From Pachysolen tannophilus NRRL Y-2460 (Eukaryota): 64,000 nucleotides of DNA. Where the stretch lies: positions 216,147-280,146 of the forward strand of contig KV454012.1 in the NCBI GenBank assembly GCA_001661245.1, written 5' to 3'. Positions 12,907 through 24,509 of this stretch are shown one piece after another; the stretch's first letter is position 1, and every line of letters begins with the position of its first letter. The notes beneath the pieces are model-generated. The model did no database searches. It was not told the DNA's origin and saw only the letters and a program-made list of their open reading frames with translations. The translations under genes were made by a program, and so were the position numbers.

Positions 12907-12939
12907 ACGCGTACTATATATTTAATATTTCACTCGCGT
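12907..12939. promoter_or_regulatory. MCB (MBF) elements upstream of DUT1
   Basis: ACGCGT at 12907-12912 and TCGCGT at 12934-12939, about 70-105 bp upstream of a DNA-metabolism gene; CpG is rare in this genome. Confidence 0.7.
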
Positions 12940-13429
12940 CTTCAAGTATTAGTTCATATGTGTCGCTAGTTTGTGTGTCGCTCGTCTGTGTGTCTGTGTG
13001 TCTGTGTGACACTGTCATTGTGACATGGCAAGTCAAAGACAACAAGACAACATGACATAGTGTGACATGACACAAAATAACATGACACTGACGTGTCTTT
13101 TATCTTATGACGCTTTCCTCTTATATAATTTAAGGAAAGGTTCTTTAACTGAACCTTTTGGATCCCAAAAAGGCCCACACAAGAGAAATTAGGCCAAAAA
13201 CAAAAAAAAAAAAAAAAATTGGTTCAGATAATGGACCAAAGCCGCAGCGTTAAAAAAAAAAAATTTAAAGTTTAAAAACGACAATATTTCCGTTTTGGGA
13301 AATAGTTCCCATTTAAATTTGACTTTATGTCCGAAAACTTTAGTTATTTTATATATCAGGAAGGAGAATAATAGAATTTATAAGATTTATATTCATTGAT
13401 AAAAGTGTAGAAAGAAGAGACATTCAAGT

Positions 13430-15235
13430 ATGAGTGAAGAGAATGGATATGGTGGTGTTCTGTCTGTTGTTTCTGGTGCGGATTATATAGTAAGCAGTCA
13501 GGCTGGGGATGTTGAAATTGTTGGAGAAATTGAGAGAAATGGAGAGATTGAGAGAAATAGAAATTTACATTTAACAGGTATGGAAAGACCAGATGTTTTT
13601 GGATCAACTACTCAGGAAATCATATGTACGTTGACGTTGACGTTGGCTGTTGGTTCTTCTCCAATGACAACTGGAGTGTCTATGTTGAGTTTGTCAAAAG
13701 TTTCGCTGGAATTTGATGAAATTGGAGGTGCTTTAACGTGGGCTTCTGGATCTATTGGTTTAGGTGCAGGTTCATTTTTGTTAATCATGGGAGGAGTAGC
13801 AGATGCTCTTGGAAGGAAAAGAATGATTATGATTAGTTTTTCTCTTTATGCGTTGATGAACTTGATTTGTGGGTTCATGCATACATATATAGGGTTGTGT
13901 ATTACAAGAGCATTGATGGGAGTTTTCGTGGCTGCAGCTACACCTTCAGCAGCAGGTATTCTTGGTTCAACTTATCCAACGGGGAAACGTAAAAATAGAG
14001 TAATGGCAACTTTTTCAGCTGGTGCTCCTGTTGGGTTTGTTGTTGGTTTGTTGATCGGTGGTATAGGTTCTCAAGCTTTATCATGGAGAGCTTGTCATTT
14101 TTTCTTAGCAATAGTATTTGGATGCTTAGTACCAATAGTAGTATTTGTGGTGCCTAATGATCCAAAGTTACATTATAAAGATGCTTTAAAAGTTTTAGCT
14201 ACTTTGGATTATTTAGGTTCATTTTTAGCATTATCTGGCTTTACATTATTTTGTTTTGCCTTAACACAAGCAAATGCAACTACAGATAAATGGAAAACTC
14301 CTTATATTTTGGCAACATTGATTATAGGATTTTTCTTAATTGTTCTGTTATGTTTGTATGAAGCTTATATCCCAAAAAAACCAATAATGCCAATGACAAT
14401 GTGGAAAAGTGCAACTTTTACATTATCAATGTTTATAATCTCATTATGTTGGTTGGATTTTCAAGGTGTTTTAACTTTTTACTCTATTTTATATTTTGAA
14501 GAAATTAAAAATTATTCACCTTTACATACAACTGCTTGTGTGTTGACAATGGGAGTTGCAGGTGTCTTGGTCAATATATTTGCAGCATTCACATTACATA
14601 TCATCCCTGGAAGTATATTGTTAATAATTGCAACCTCTGGATTTACAGGTGCTGCAATATTATGGGCTACAATGGGGTTTGGTAGAATATATTGGACAGG
14701 TCCCTTTTTCGCATATATCCTTGTCGTTATTGGTGCTGATTTGGCTTATAATGTTTGTAACATGGTCTCTCTAACATCTGTTCCTAAAAATTTACAAAGT
14801 TCTGCTGCTGGTGTTTTTAATACTGTTATCCAGCTTTCAGGTACTGTTGGATTGGGAATTTCTACAGCATTAGTTAGTGCAAGATATGACTTATACGGTA
14901 CTCTGGAAGAAACTGATTATCCTCATAGGTTATTTGACGGATTCAAGAACGCATATTGGTTTGCTCTAGGTTGTGGTGCTACAGCATTGATCGCCTCTCT
15001 TTTTGTAAAAGTTGGTACTGTTGGAAGTAAGGAAGATAGAGCCAAAGATTTAGAATTGGAAAATATGTCTTCTGGTCAAAATATAAATGATGAAGATGAT
15101 GAAAATCTGGATATTTCTGATCCAGAAGAGGAAGAAAGAGAAGAAGGAAACACAAATGATGCTGAAGAAGAAATTCAAGAATTGAAAAGTGATCATGGCG
15201 GTATTGTCAGTAGGACAATATCGAGAACACTTTGA
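13430..15235 (+). CDS. MFS DHA2-family drug:H+ antiporter (Atr1-like)
   Basis: About 14 TM segments; motif A GGVADALGRKRM; GILGSTYPTGKRKNRVMATFSAGAPVG; LDYLG. Confidence 0.85.
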   Translation: MSEENGYGGVLSVVSGADYIVSSQAGDVEIVGEIERNGEIERNRNLHLTGMERPDVFGSTTQEIICTLTLTLAVGSSPMTTGVSMLSLSKVSLEFDEIGGALTWASGSIGLGAGSFLLIMGGVADALGRKRMIMISFSLYALMNLICGFMHTYIGLCITRALMGVFVAAATPSAAGILGSTYPTGKRKNRVMATFSAGAPVGFVVGLLIGGIGSQALSWRACHFFLAIVFGCLVPIVVFVVPNDPKLHYKDALKVLATLDYLGSFLALSGFTLFCFALTQANATTDKWKTPYILATLIIGFFLIVLLCLYEAYIPKKPIMPMTMWKSATFTLSMFIISLCWLDFQGVLTFYSILYFEEIKNYSPLHTTACVLTMGVAGVLVNIFAAFTLHIIPGSILLIIATSGFTGAAILWATMGFGRIYWTGPFFAYILVVIGADLAYNVCNMVSLTSVPKNLQSSAAGVFNTVIQLSGTVGLGISTALVSARYDLYGTLEETDYPHRLFDGFKNAYWFALGCGATALIASLFVKVGTVGSKEDRAKDLELENMSSGQNINDEDDENLDISDPEEEEREEGNTNDAEEEIQELKSDHGGIVSRTISRTL

Positions 15236-15440
15236 GTTTACAATAATGACGTTGCTAATAATAATAATTGATGAATTCAACCTCATAAAATTAAATCCTA
15301 GATTTTAAATTTATCAAATTAGTTTTGCATTTTTTTTTTCGCTTTATTTTCTAACTTTTTTCTTTTGATTAAGAATGAAATTAATAATTAATAAATAGTA
15401 ATAGAAAAATTATTGAAATATACAAAAAAAGAAGAAAAAC

Positions 15441-17747
15441 TTAAAAAACAATCCATTTTATTACAACCCAAATAAACATAAACAATTTTTTAAACATCCT
15501 CCCAATGAAAACATTTATCCATATCAACCATAGGAACAAACCTATCAAATTTTCCAACAGGAAATATCCGAACTTGGTTAAAACATCATTATTAACGTTC
15601 AAGTTCAAATTACTATCTAACTTCTCCAATCTCTCATTTAGTCTTCTAATTTCTAATGTGATCGAAGTATTAATTTCACTAATGGTTCTATCTGATAATG
15701 ATAATAATGAATCAACCTTGTTCGAATATTGCTGTGATAAAAAGTTTTTATAGTTGGAAGTTCCGTGTGATCTAGCATTTAATAAACTTTCGTATTTTTT
15801 CGAAATTTCATTTAAATTGACGTTATAGTTCTGATTCAATTCCGATAAAATATTGTTGATCTCAGCCTTCTTGAGACTTAGTTGGTTATTAATTATGATT
15901 GGTTTATTCATTAGATTATTCTCTGCTATCAAAACTAATCCGTTCAATCTTTTCAAGATATTAGCCTGTTTAGTCAATTGAATGCACTCATCCTCGGTCT
16001 TATTATATACTGTGTTGTTATCTACAACACCAATATCTTCTAATTCAGCTTTTACATCTCCTTTATCTGTACTTAATCTCTCAAAGTATCCCAGCCCCAG
16101 CCCCATCTTATTTCCACTATTTTCCATTGCAGAAGGTAATAATACATCTTCAGGTGCCTCCTCTGGAGTCCTATCTAATTTTTGAAAGTTACTATTACTA
16201 GAAAGCTTTCTATAATTAGACCTCTCAGAAAGTGGAAGAATATTAATTTCCCTCATTGGCAACAATTCGACTTTATCATCAGTGCCGATAGATGAATTGG
16301 ATAATGAGCTTTTCGGTGTTGTAGTTTTTGCATGCAGAACCAGTAAATAATCTTCATTAGACAATTCTCTTTTCTTTTCTTCGCTTTCATCATCTGGGTC
16401 ACTAATTGTCCCTTCTGCAGAGACTAATCTATCATTGCTTTTGGAACTATAATTTCTCAAAATCTTAGCTGGAGATTTGGACAATTTTCTAATATTAAAG
16501 CCAGCATTTTTTGTAGTTTCTCTACCTAATCTTTTAACACTGCTATTGTTACTACTAACAGGAAAATCATCCGTAGATGTAGTTGTCAGATATATATTAT
16601 CGGAAGGTGTTGGATAATATTTTTGAATTTCACTATCATTTTTAGTAGAAGTATCCAGCTCCTTATTCTTTTTATCTTCAAATAATTTTTCGTACATTTT
16701 ATTTTTATTTTGAAGAGAAGGATGATAATAACGATGATGATGATGAGGATAATGATCGTGATGATTATGACGGGCTTCTTTCTCTAAATCTTCTTCTGAT
16801 GGAAACCATAGCCTTCCATCGGGTCTTCTTAAGTGATGCCAATGTTGGGTTCTCCAAGTCAAATCATGGGCCAACTCTTTCAAATCAACTTGCCATATCA
16901 ATTTATGCTTTTTATTTTCACTAAACACTTGTGATGATGGTGTTACCAACTTCAAATCTAGAGGTGCTGGATACTGTCTATATTTTTTATATAATCTCCT
17001 ATTTCGTATCACTTGTAACGGATTGTAAACACCTTCCACGTTTGGGTATAATGGATTACCATTTGCATCTGTTTGGAAAATTTCTTGACAACGTCTAATA
17101 TTAATATGGTATAAACTTATTGTTATCTTGACTCTATTTGCTCGTTCGAATACAGCATTAGAAAACTCGTAATATTTCTTTGAATTTTCATTTTTAAAGA
17201 TTTTATTACTGACTCCACCTGATGTTTTACCTATAGCACTTTCTTGACCTGCTATATGGTTATTAAAAAATTCAGATTGTAGTTGATGCTGTTCATTCGC
17301 AAGATCAGGTTCGATATTTAAATCCGTCATCAACCCCTTTCTAATACCTAGAAACAACGTAGCTAGTTCTCCTGTTTGTTTCATGGTATCCTTCTCTCTT
17401 CCAGTTTCTTCATCGTTTCTATTAGTACTATTACTAAGATTATGATTATTATTATTATTATTATTATTATTGATTATGGTGTCATACTCGTCTAATGTAG
17501 AGGAACCCAAACTTCTATGAGGCGAAGAAGAAGAAGTCGGAGTCGAATACGACAACCTCAGTTTCCTAGCCTCCACCTGAAACCCATTGGACTTATTTTT
17601 ATGAAACCTCCTATGCTTAACCTCAGCCGGATTTTTCTGAGGTGATGAAGCCACAACAGCTGTTGCACCATTACTTTGATCATCCTCCACCATCTTCCCG
17701 ATACTGATGTCCTTCAATTTCTCCTTGATATTACTTCTACCAGACAT
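15441..17747 (-). CDS. MTC4: Mtc4-like protein
   Basis: VEGVYNPLQVIRNR and W..DL.W motifs, C-terminal coiled coil and TM segment. Confidence 0.65.
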   Translation of the reverse strand: MSGRSNIKEKLKDISIGKMVEDDQSNGATAVVASSPQKNPAEVKHRRFHKNKSNGFQVEARKLRLSYSTPTSSSSPHRSLGSSTLDEYDTIINNNNNNNNNHNLSNSTNRNDEETGREKDTMKQTGELATLFLGIRKGLMTDLNIEPDLANEQHQLQSEFFNNHIAGQESAIGKTSGGVSNKIFKNENSKKYYEFSNAVFERANRVKITISLYHINIRRCQEIFQTDANGNPLYPNVEGVYNPLQVIRNRRLYKKYRQYPAPLDLKLVTPSSQVFSENKKHKLIWQVDLKELAHDLTWRTQHWHHLRRPDGRLWFPSEEDLEKEARHNHHDHYPHHHHRYYHPSLQNKNKMYEKLFEDKKNKELDTSTKNDSEIQKYYPTPSDNIYLTTTSTDDFPVSSNNSSVKRLGRETTKNAGFNIRKLSKSPAKILRNYSSKSNDRLVSAEGTISDPDDESEEKKRELSNEDYLLVLHAKTTTPKSSLSNSSIGTDDKVELLPMREINILPLSERSNYRKLSSNSNFQKLDRTPEEAPEDVLLPSAMENSGNKMGLGLGYFERLSTDKGDVKAELEDIGVVDNNTVYNKTEDECIQLTKQANILKRLNGLVLIAENNLMNKPIIINNQLSLKKAEINNILSELNQNYNVNLNEISKKYESLLNARSHGTSNYKNFLSQQYSNKVDSLLSLSDRTISEINTSITLEIRRLNERLEKLDSNLNLNVNNDVLTKFGYFLLENLIGLFLWLIWINVFIGRMFKKLFMFIWVVIKWIVF

Positions 17748-18018
17748 CTTCTACCTATATCGAATCCATAGTTTACCTACTTCCACTCTATGTTTTGTAT
17801 TATACAATTTTAAAAAAATTCCATTTCAATTAAAAGATGTTATCAAAAAAAATTAATTAATTAATTATTTTTTGTATTTTTGCTACAAGTTTTATTAAAT
17901 GTCGAGAGATTAATATACGAAATTTAACAAATTAAATACAAAGCAGAGCAGAGCAAAGTAAAGCAGAGCAGGTTAGCTTGAGGAAAGGAGATATTGAAAA
18001 TTAATAGAGAAGGACAAA

Positions 18019-18462
18019 ATGTCGTATTATTTGGCGGTGATAGGAACTATGGATAATCCAATTTATGAGTTGGAGTTTGGAACTTTTAAACAACAAAATA
18101 ATGGGAAATCACTTTTAAATCAAAAACAATTGGAGTTGATACCTTTTATAATAAATTCTTCTTTGGATTTAATAGAGGACCTTCAATGGAAGTTCAATAA
18201 GAATTATTTTAAGAATTATGATAATTTCAATAACAATTTTTATAAGCTTAGTTGTTATTTGACGTTTGGAAATATGAAGTTGATCTTATTACATCAATTG
18301 GATGATAATTTGAAAAATGATGATAATATTAAGCAGTTTCTATTTGAGATCAATGAGTTATATGTTAAGACAATGTTGAATCCTTTTTATAATGTCAATG
18401 AAAAGATAAAGAGCGAACTGTTTGATTTGAAAGTGAAAGCTGTTGCTAGAAAGTATTTATAA
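18019..18462 (+). CDS. TRS20: TRAPP subunit Trs20 (sedlin)
   Basis: MSYYLAVIGTMDNPIYELEF, SSLDLIEDLQW and ELYVKTMLNPFY. Confidence 0.92.
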   Translation: MSYYLAVIGTMDNPIYELEFGTFKQQNNGKSLLNQKQLELIPFIINSSLDLIEDLQWKFNKNYFKNYDNFNNNFYKLSCYLTFGNMKLILLHQLDDNLKNDDNIKQFLFEINELYVKTMLNPFYNVNEKIKSELFDLKVKAVARKYL

Positions 18463-18767
18463 AATGGTATTTTATATAAATATTAAAGTAAGTAGGGTTA
18501 TCTTATTGGGACTTTATGAATAGCATCTAACATTCTTATCATTAGATTGAATGATAGAACATGTTTTATAATAAATTTTTGAAAAAAATTAATGAAATAT
18601 TACATATCATTGATTATATCAATAACACAAGAATTGAAACAAAAAAAGAAATTATACAAAAGCTTTTCAAAAATAAAAAAACACATTAGAGTTCATCATC
18701 TCATCTAACAAAACTAAAAAAAAACTTTAAAGAAATATAATATATATAGTATATGTACAACAATCCC

Positions 18768-20726
18768 TTATTCTTTCCTATTCTCATCTTCCACCTTAGC
18801 TATACCTTTTAATAAATCATAGGTATCAACAACATTCTTCCTTCTATTCCCGTAATTATTATTTTTACTCTCGTTACTATTATCACCATCATCATTACCG
18901 CTTTCTAAATTTGTAACAAAATTTGTATTTTCATGTTTGATATAATCATGAATTAAAGAAGTAACTTTATTATTTTCCAACTCATAAATTTTCTTCAAAA
19001 CCATCGAATTGCTATTTAAAGTATTCACCATTTGCTCGAATTTATCAATTTTTCTCTCAAGACTATTGTTCTTAATAAGATTCAATTCTAATTTATCAAA
19101 TTTGTCCGTTATACCATTTATTAAATCATTGTTTACAATTTTCTTATAATCAAAGGATAATTCTTTTAATGATTTGGAATTTTCAGTATCAAATTTGTCT
19201 AAATCAACCTGATTAACATCAACATTAGAAATAATATCATTATAAGCTCTGAGCCAATCTTCTTTCTCCTTTTTTAACTCTTTTAATCGGTTTTCATAAA
19301 TTTTAATATTTTCCAAATTGGAGACATTCTGCATATTAGGTAATAGTTTGACTGACCTATTACTCATATCTGTCTTATCATTATTATTATTGCCATTTCT
19401 ATTACCTTCCTCTTCTTCATCCGTTTTCCTATTCCACCATGAAGTATTCATTCGTCCATCAACTAAATCTCGAATCAATTCTTCTTTTATAACTTTGGCA
19501 ATATTAAACATAGTAACTTCTTCAGCAGAAGCTTGACTCTTTCGCTGTTTTAAATTCAGATTTTCTTGGTTTAATAATCTTTTAGAACACCATATCAACA
19601 ATTGTCTCATCTTATAAGGTTCAGGTAAACTTTGATCAAAATGCTTATAAAATTCTTCAGCGCTAACATCATTATGCGGCACCGCAACAAACCCATTCCC
19701 AATAGAAGAAACTCTTTTACCACGATTACTCAACGAAGATCTTCCCCTATTTGATTTTTCTCGTAACAGTTTATTCTTCTTTATCACAGGTGAATCAGAT
19801 ATAGGTAAAAGCATCTGTATAGACGTTTCATGTTGTTCATAATAGTCAGGTGGTGTCTTATTATTGTTGTTTTTATCACTGTTGTTTTTATCGTTATTAT
19901 TATTACTATTATTATTATTATTATTGGGCGATGAAATTGGAGGTGAAACAGGAGGTTCAATTTTAGATTTCTTTGTTTTAGTTGTTTGCTTCTTATTTGT
20001 TTTTGATTTAACCGGTGTTCCTAATCCAAATGAAAATGGATTTTTATCTTTATCTTCGGGTATCACCACTTTATTTGTATTTTTACCACCACGTTTTCCT
20101 GGTTTCAGTTCAATTTCTTCCATCTCATTTAACAAGCTTTTCCTATTATTTGTCTTTTTCACTCTCTTTGTTGGTTGTTCATCATTTTTTGAAGATACCG
20201 TTTTCCTTTTATTTTTATTTTTATTACCAGTTTCTATGGTATCATTTGAAGGTATAGGCATTTCTGATCCATTAGTTTTAATTTTTGAAGGCCTTCCTTT
20301 CTTTTTTGGTTTATTTAATTCTTCCAGTACTGGCTTTATATTTTCTAATTTTGATTTTTGCAGCAGTTTTAATATACTATTATTACTTGAATTTCTTGAT
20401 GATACTTCATTAGTAACAGGTATTTGTACATTACTTGCTCTCTTAAATACAAACCCATCATCTTCTTCAAAATTCAAAGATTTCCTATGTCCAGAAATAT
20501 TATTATTATTATTTTTATTATTATTATCATTCAGTTGTGCTTTCTTATTTTTATTGTTTTTCTTTTCTTTCAACAATTCCGATAATGATGAATTTGTCCT
20601 CCTTGCTCTTTGAACCACAGATTCATTTGCAGAATCATCCAGCTCCACCGAATGGTTAACACTTGTTTTCAGTTCGATACGCGTTGAACGACGACGACGA
20701 AGCCCAGCTGGCTTATCATTAGGCAT
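18768..20726 (-). CDS. DSN1: MIS12/MIND kinetochore subunit Dsn1/Mis13
   Basis: DDGFVFKR, SDSPVIKKNK, RSSLSNRGKRVSSIGNG, PH.DV...EFYKH and LPEP..MRQLLIWC. Confidence 0.85.
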   Translation of the reverse strand: MPNDKPAGLRRRRSTRIELKTSVNHSVELDDSANESVVQRARRTNSSLSELLKEKKNNKNKKAQLNDNNNKNNNNNISGHRKSLNFEEDDGFVFKRASNVQIPVTNEVSSRNSSNNSILKLLQKSKLENIKPVLEELNKPKKKGRPSKIKTNGSEMPIPSNDTIETGNKNKNKRKTVSSKNDEQPTKRVKKTNNRKSLLNEMEEIELKPGKRGGKNTNKVVIPEDKDKNPFSFGLGTPVKSKTNKKQTTKTKKSKIEPPVSPPISSPNNNNNNSNNNNDKNNSDKNNNNKTPPDYYEQHETSIQMLLPISDSPVIKKNKLLREKSNRGRSSLSNRGKRVSSIGNGFVAVPHNDVSAEEFYKHFDQSLPEPYKMRQLLIWCSKRLLNQENLNLKQRKSQASAEEVTMFNIAKVIKEELIRDLVDGRMNTSWWNRKTDEEEEGNRNGNNNNDKTDMSNRSVKLLPNMQNVSNLENIKIYENRLKELKKEKEDWLRAYNDIISNVDVNQVDLDKFDTENSKSLKELSFDYKKIVNNDLINGITDKFDKLELNLIKNNSLERKIDKFEQMVNTLNSNSMVLKKIYELENNKVTSLIHDYIKHENTNFVTNLESGNDDGDNSNESKNNNYGNRRKNVVDTYDLLKGIAKVEDENRKE

Positions 20727-21104
20727 TGAAACAAAGGAGAAATGAATACCAAAAAAAAAAAATAAAACACAAAAACTATATCTATCAATAATAATAAAAT
20801 ACCAATTAAAAAGTTATTCCATATAGCTAATCTATTCAAAAGAAACCATCCAATTAACTCAATCTAATTGATTAATCAACCTTATCTTCTTTTGTATATA
20901 TTTAATATTGTTGATTATTTATTCATTTGTGGTTATTTTAATTATTTTATTTATTTATTTTATTTGTTTATTTATTTTTCTTATTTATTTATTTTTCTTT
21001 TAAATTTTTTACCAATTTTTCAAAAATTATAAATTAAAAAGTTATAAAAAATGATTTAATTAATTTCTATAAAAAGCTATAAGAAGAGAAGAATGGTAAG
21101 GGGG

Positions 21105-21730
21105 TTAATCTTGTAAGTTGTCTGTAGTCGTTTGATCATTATTTTCAAGTGGATTTATAGTTGTAATTAGTTGTAATAATTGATTCATGTTATCATAAAG
21201 TGTTTCATTTACCTTTATATTGTTATTTTGTGTAGTAATAACATCTCCTTCAGTGTCAGCGTCTGCTACAGCAGGTAATTGTCCCAATATCCAGCTCTCT
21301 TTTAAGTTTCTTGTTATCGATAAGAGCTCTTCTGAGAGTCTAACAATTGTCGAAGCATTGGATTCTATTTTCAACATCTCTACTGCCAATGTACCTTGAG
21401 ATTTATCCAAAACCTATACCAACATACCAATATGAATTTAGTTAGTATTAGCTATCATATTCCTGTTATTGCTTTTCCCACTGCCTGTTTCCTTTTTTAT
21501 AAAGAATCTGTATACTTACCGCTGATAATTCAACTATACTTTGAAATTGCTGAAGTATTGATGCGATATTTGTATCAATCTTTTCTATTTTTTGAAAACT
21601 ATGTGTTAGATAAAAATAAAGAGTCTTTTTTTTTTTTTGTTAAATATAAATAAAAATTAAATCATTAAAACAAAATAAGTTAATAGTTCAATCTCAACTT
21701 ACTCATCAACGTTATTGATCTCTTTTGCAT
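21105..21730 (-). CDS. SRB6: Mediator head subunit Med22/Srb6; exons 21730-21703, 21584-21520, 21413-21105
   Basis: Two GTAAGT introns with CTAAC branch points. Spliced product MQKRSITLMKKIDTNIASILQQFQSIVELSAVLDKSQ...IVRLSEELLSITRNLKESWILGQL fits Med22. Confidence 0.78.
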
Positions 21731-21903
21731 CGTCTATTCTCGGTATATATCATATATTTATTCTATATTTCTATTTAATTCCATATATTTGTATATTATC
21801 ATTTACAAATTATATTTTATAAATCATTTTTCAACTACTTTTTTTTACAAATTTATATAATAAATTTAATAAATTAAATAAAATAATTTAAAAAAAAAAA
21901 TTT

Positions 21904-23546
21904 TCATTTCTTTTCCCCACAACTCCTGTATCTGGAAAGCTCAGCTAGTTTATGTATCATTCTGTTGGCATTGGTAAAACTTTCGTGTGTGTTTAAGGAA
22001 CTATTACCATTAATTTTGCCATTAGCATTAGCATTAGTATTGTTGTTAGCATTACTATTAGCATTTGTAGTGATAAAATTATTCATCTTATCTCTTAAAT
22101 TGTTAAAATCAAAATTAATACCTAAAGGATTTGTGATTGTTGCATTTGAAGTTTTTAAACCTGTTTGGATTAAAGAATAACCATCCATCAAATAATTTTC
22201 ACCTGAATCAATCATAACACCTAATAAATGCATAGATATTCTATTATCTTTAATAATTTTTGTTAAAAGATTATATTTACAATCAAAATTGGAATTACTT
22301 AATTTCCCAATATCAATCATTATTCTTGGTACAATAGTTGAATCTTTATCTAATTGTTCTAATTTAGTTGTAATTTTATAAAATAATTGTTCAACATTCA
22401 AAATATCTTTTTCAACTCCACCATTATCACCTTCTTTGAAAACATTACTTAATGATAATATAACAAATGTATCACTATTTCCAGAAGTACCAACTATTGA
22501 AACTGTACCAAGTTTTGTAATTGATAAAAAATGATGAGGAAAACTAGAAGAAAAAATTGCATCTAAAGCAGAATCAACTTTAAAAGAAAATGAATCATCT
22601 GAAACTTCAGTATGAAATCCAACAGGGTATGAAACACCAGAAGCTAATTCTCTATGTAATTGAGATTCAGTTAAAGAACTTTCAACAATTCCTAAACAAA
22701 ATAAATCGGATAAATATTGTGGAGTTAAAGTATCTGATAACTCACCAACAAGTGGACAATATTGTGCTAATTCACATAATAAAGCCCTACATATTGGAAT
22801 ACCATTTTCAATCTCAAAAGTAATTAAAGGTTGTCCCTGGTTATTGTTGTTATTATTATTATTATCATCATAATCACTCATGTTATTATAGTCTAAATTA
22901 TATTTGTTTAAATTTGTTCTCATTGAAATCAACAAATCTTTAGTATCAATTGATTCATTATTTGTATAAATCTCTTTTATACAATCTACTTCTTTTTGAG
23001 AAATTGTACCATCATAAGCTTCAGATTGTTGAATTTCATTTTTTGATACATCAAAACTTCTCTTACCAGAGATAATACTAATCCACTGAGCACAATTTTT
23101 AGCTTGAATTGGGTTTGTGATATATTTTGGACCAGTAATAACCAACATTGGATTTGGATTTGAATTTGAACTTGAATTATTCTGTGTCATTTCATTTCTT
23201 GACATTTCAATTCTTGACCTTTTTTCATCTTTATCCAATATATTATTAATTGCAGTTCTATAAAAAATAATCTTTTCTTGTAAAATTTCACTAATTGGAA
23301 ATAAAAAACTTTGAAGAACTTCAGGTTGTACAATAGGAATTTGACCTCTCTCTAAAAATACATATATATAAAACTTTTGTTAGTTATTTATATTAAAATT
23401 AAAAAAATTTAATTCACATCAACTCATATTAGTAATAATTACCAGAGATGTATAACCCTGAACCCGAAGATGAAGTTCTTGAAGCTAAAGCCCTCCTCTT
23501 ACCGCTTGTAGTACCATAATCCCAAGCTGTTGGAAACTTATCAGCA
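21904..23546 (-). CDS. Degenerate class I DAHP-synthase-like protein, 3' part (exon-1 remnant 23546-23443, intron 23442-23352, exon 23351-21904); 5' end displaced by inversion
   Basis: [47 protein letters not shown] and GVMIDS are Aro3/Aro4-like. Intron GTAATT..AACTAAC..TAG keeps the frame. No in-frame ATG precedes the remnant in the present orientation. Confidence 0.8.
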
Positions 23547-23795
23547 GTCTTGATCTCATTACCAGCAGGTGCTATTGCTAAATCACCAGTTTTCACTCAT
23601 GTTGTTAAATCTATTAAATTATTAGGTTCATATGTTGGTAATAGAGCTGATACAGCAGAAGCAATTGATTTCTTTGCAAGAGGTAAAATCCATTCTCCAA
23701 TTAAAGTTGTAGGCTTATCTGAATTACCAGAAGTTTATAAATTAATGGAAGAAGGTAAGATTGCAGGTAGATATGTTTTAGATACATCAAAATAA
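23547..23795 (+). CDS. ADH: C-terminal 82 aa of a zinc alcohol dehydrogenase (inverted fragment)
   Basis: VLISLPAGA...[20 protein letters not shown]...[13 protein letters not shown] is the canonical yeast ADH C-terminus; no start codon of its own. Confidence 0.92.
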   Translation, partial: VLISLPAGAIAKSPVFTHVVKSIKLLGSYVGNRADTAEAIDFFARGKIHSPIKVVGLSELPEVYKLMEEGKIAGRYVLDTSK

Positions 23796-24509
23796 AAGAA
23801 AAAGGCTGGCCTTTTTTTTAAAGAAAAATTTTTTAATTTTTTTTTTTTAAAAAAGAAGAAGAAAAATTTCAAAGATTTGATTTCAATATCAAAACCTTGA
23901 ATTTCCTTTCCTTTCCTTTTTATTTTTTTGAATTTTATTTTTTTTTAATCAGAATTTATTTATTTAGTTTGTGTTTTGTTTTAAACATATTTATTACGGA
24001 ATCATTTTCTTTTTTTTACATGGAAAAGAAAAAAAAAAATCAATATCTAGCAGATATTTAGTTTAGAAATTTTAAATGATTGTTACTTGACTCACTAAAT
24101 AATCAACCCTTAGTAAATTAAACCATTAAAAAGCTTACTATCTATCAATACAATTGGCTAACCTCAATATGAGGTTTGGTTCTTAGTAAAGACAAGTGTC
24201 ATATGTCGTACTACTTTTAAATATGAAGTGAGAAAAAAAGTGTAAAAAAGAGAAAAGGAAAGTGTCACATGACGCTATTTTCTTTTTTGTGTTTGTGATG
24301 GAGCATATGCATAATTAATGCAGGAAAGTAAGACATCAATACAGAAAGAAAGAGAAAGAGATGAGAGATGAGAGATTTGATCAATAACAACATTATCATT
24401 ATATATATATATATATATATGTATTTGAAGGTTTAAAAGCTGAGTCCAGAATAAGCCAAACTGAAAAGTACAAAAAAAAAAAATTAGTTTTGGTTTTGTT
24501 ATTTTCGGT

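Noticed and set aside
19864..20613. 249-aa plus-strand ORF
   Set aside because: Antisense shadow of the Lys/Asn-rich DSN1 region; its Leu/Phe richness is a by-product.
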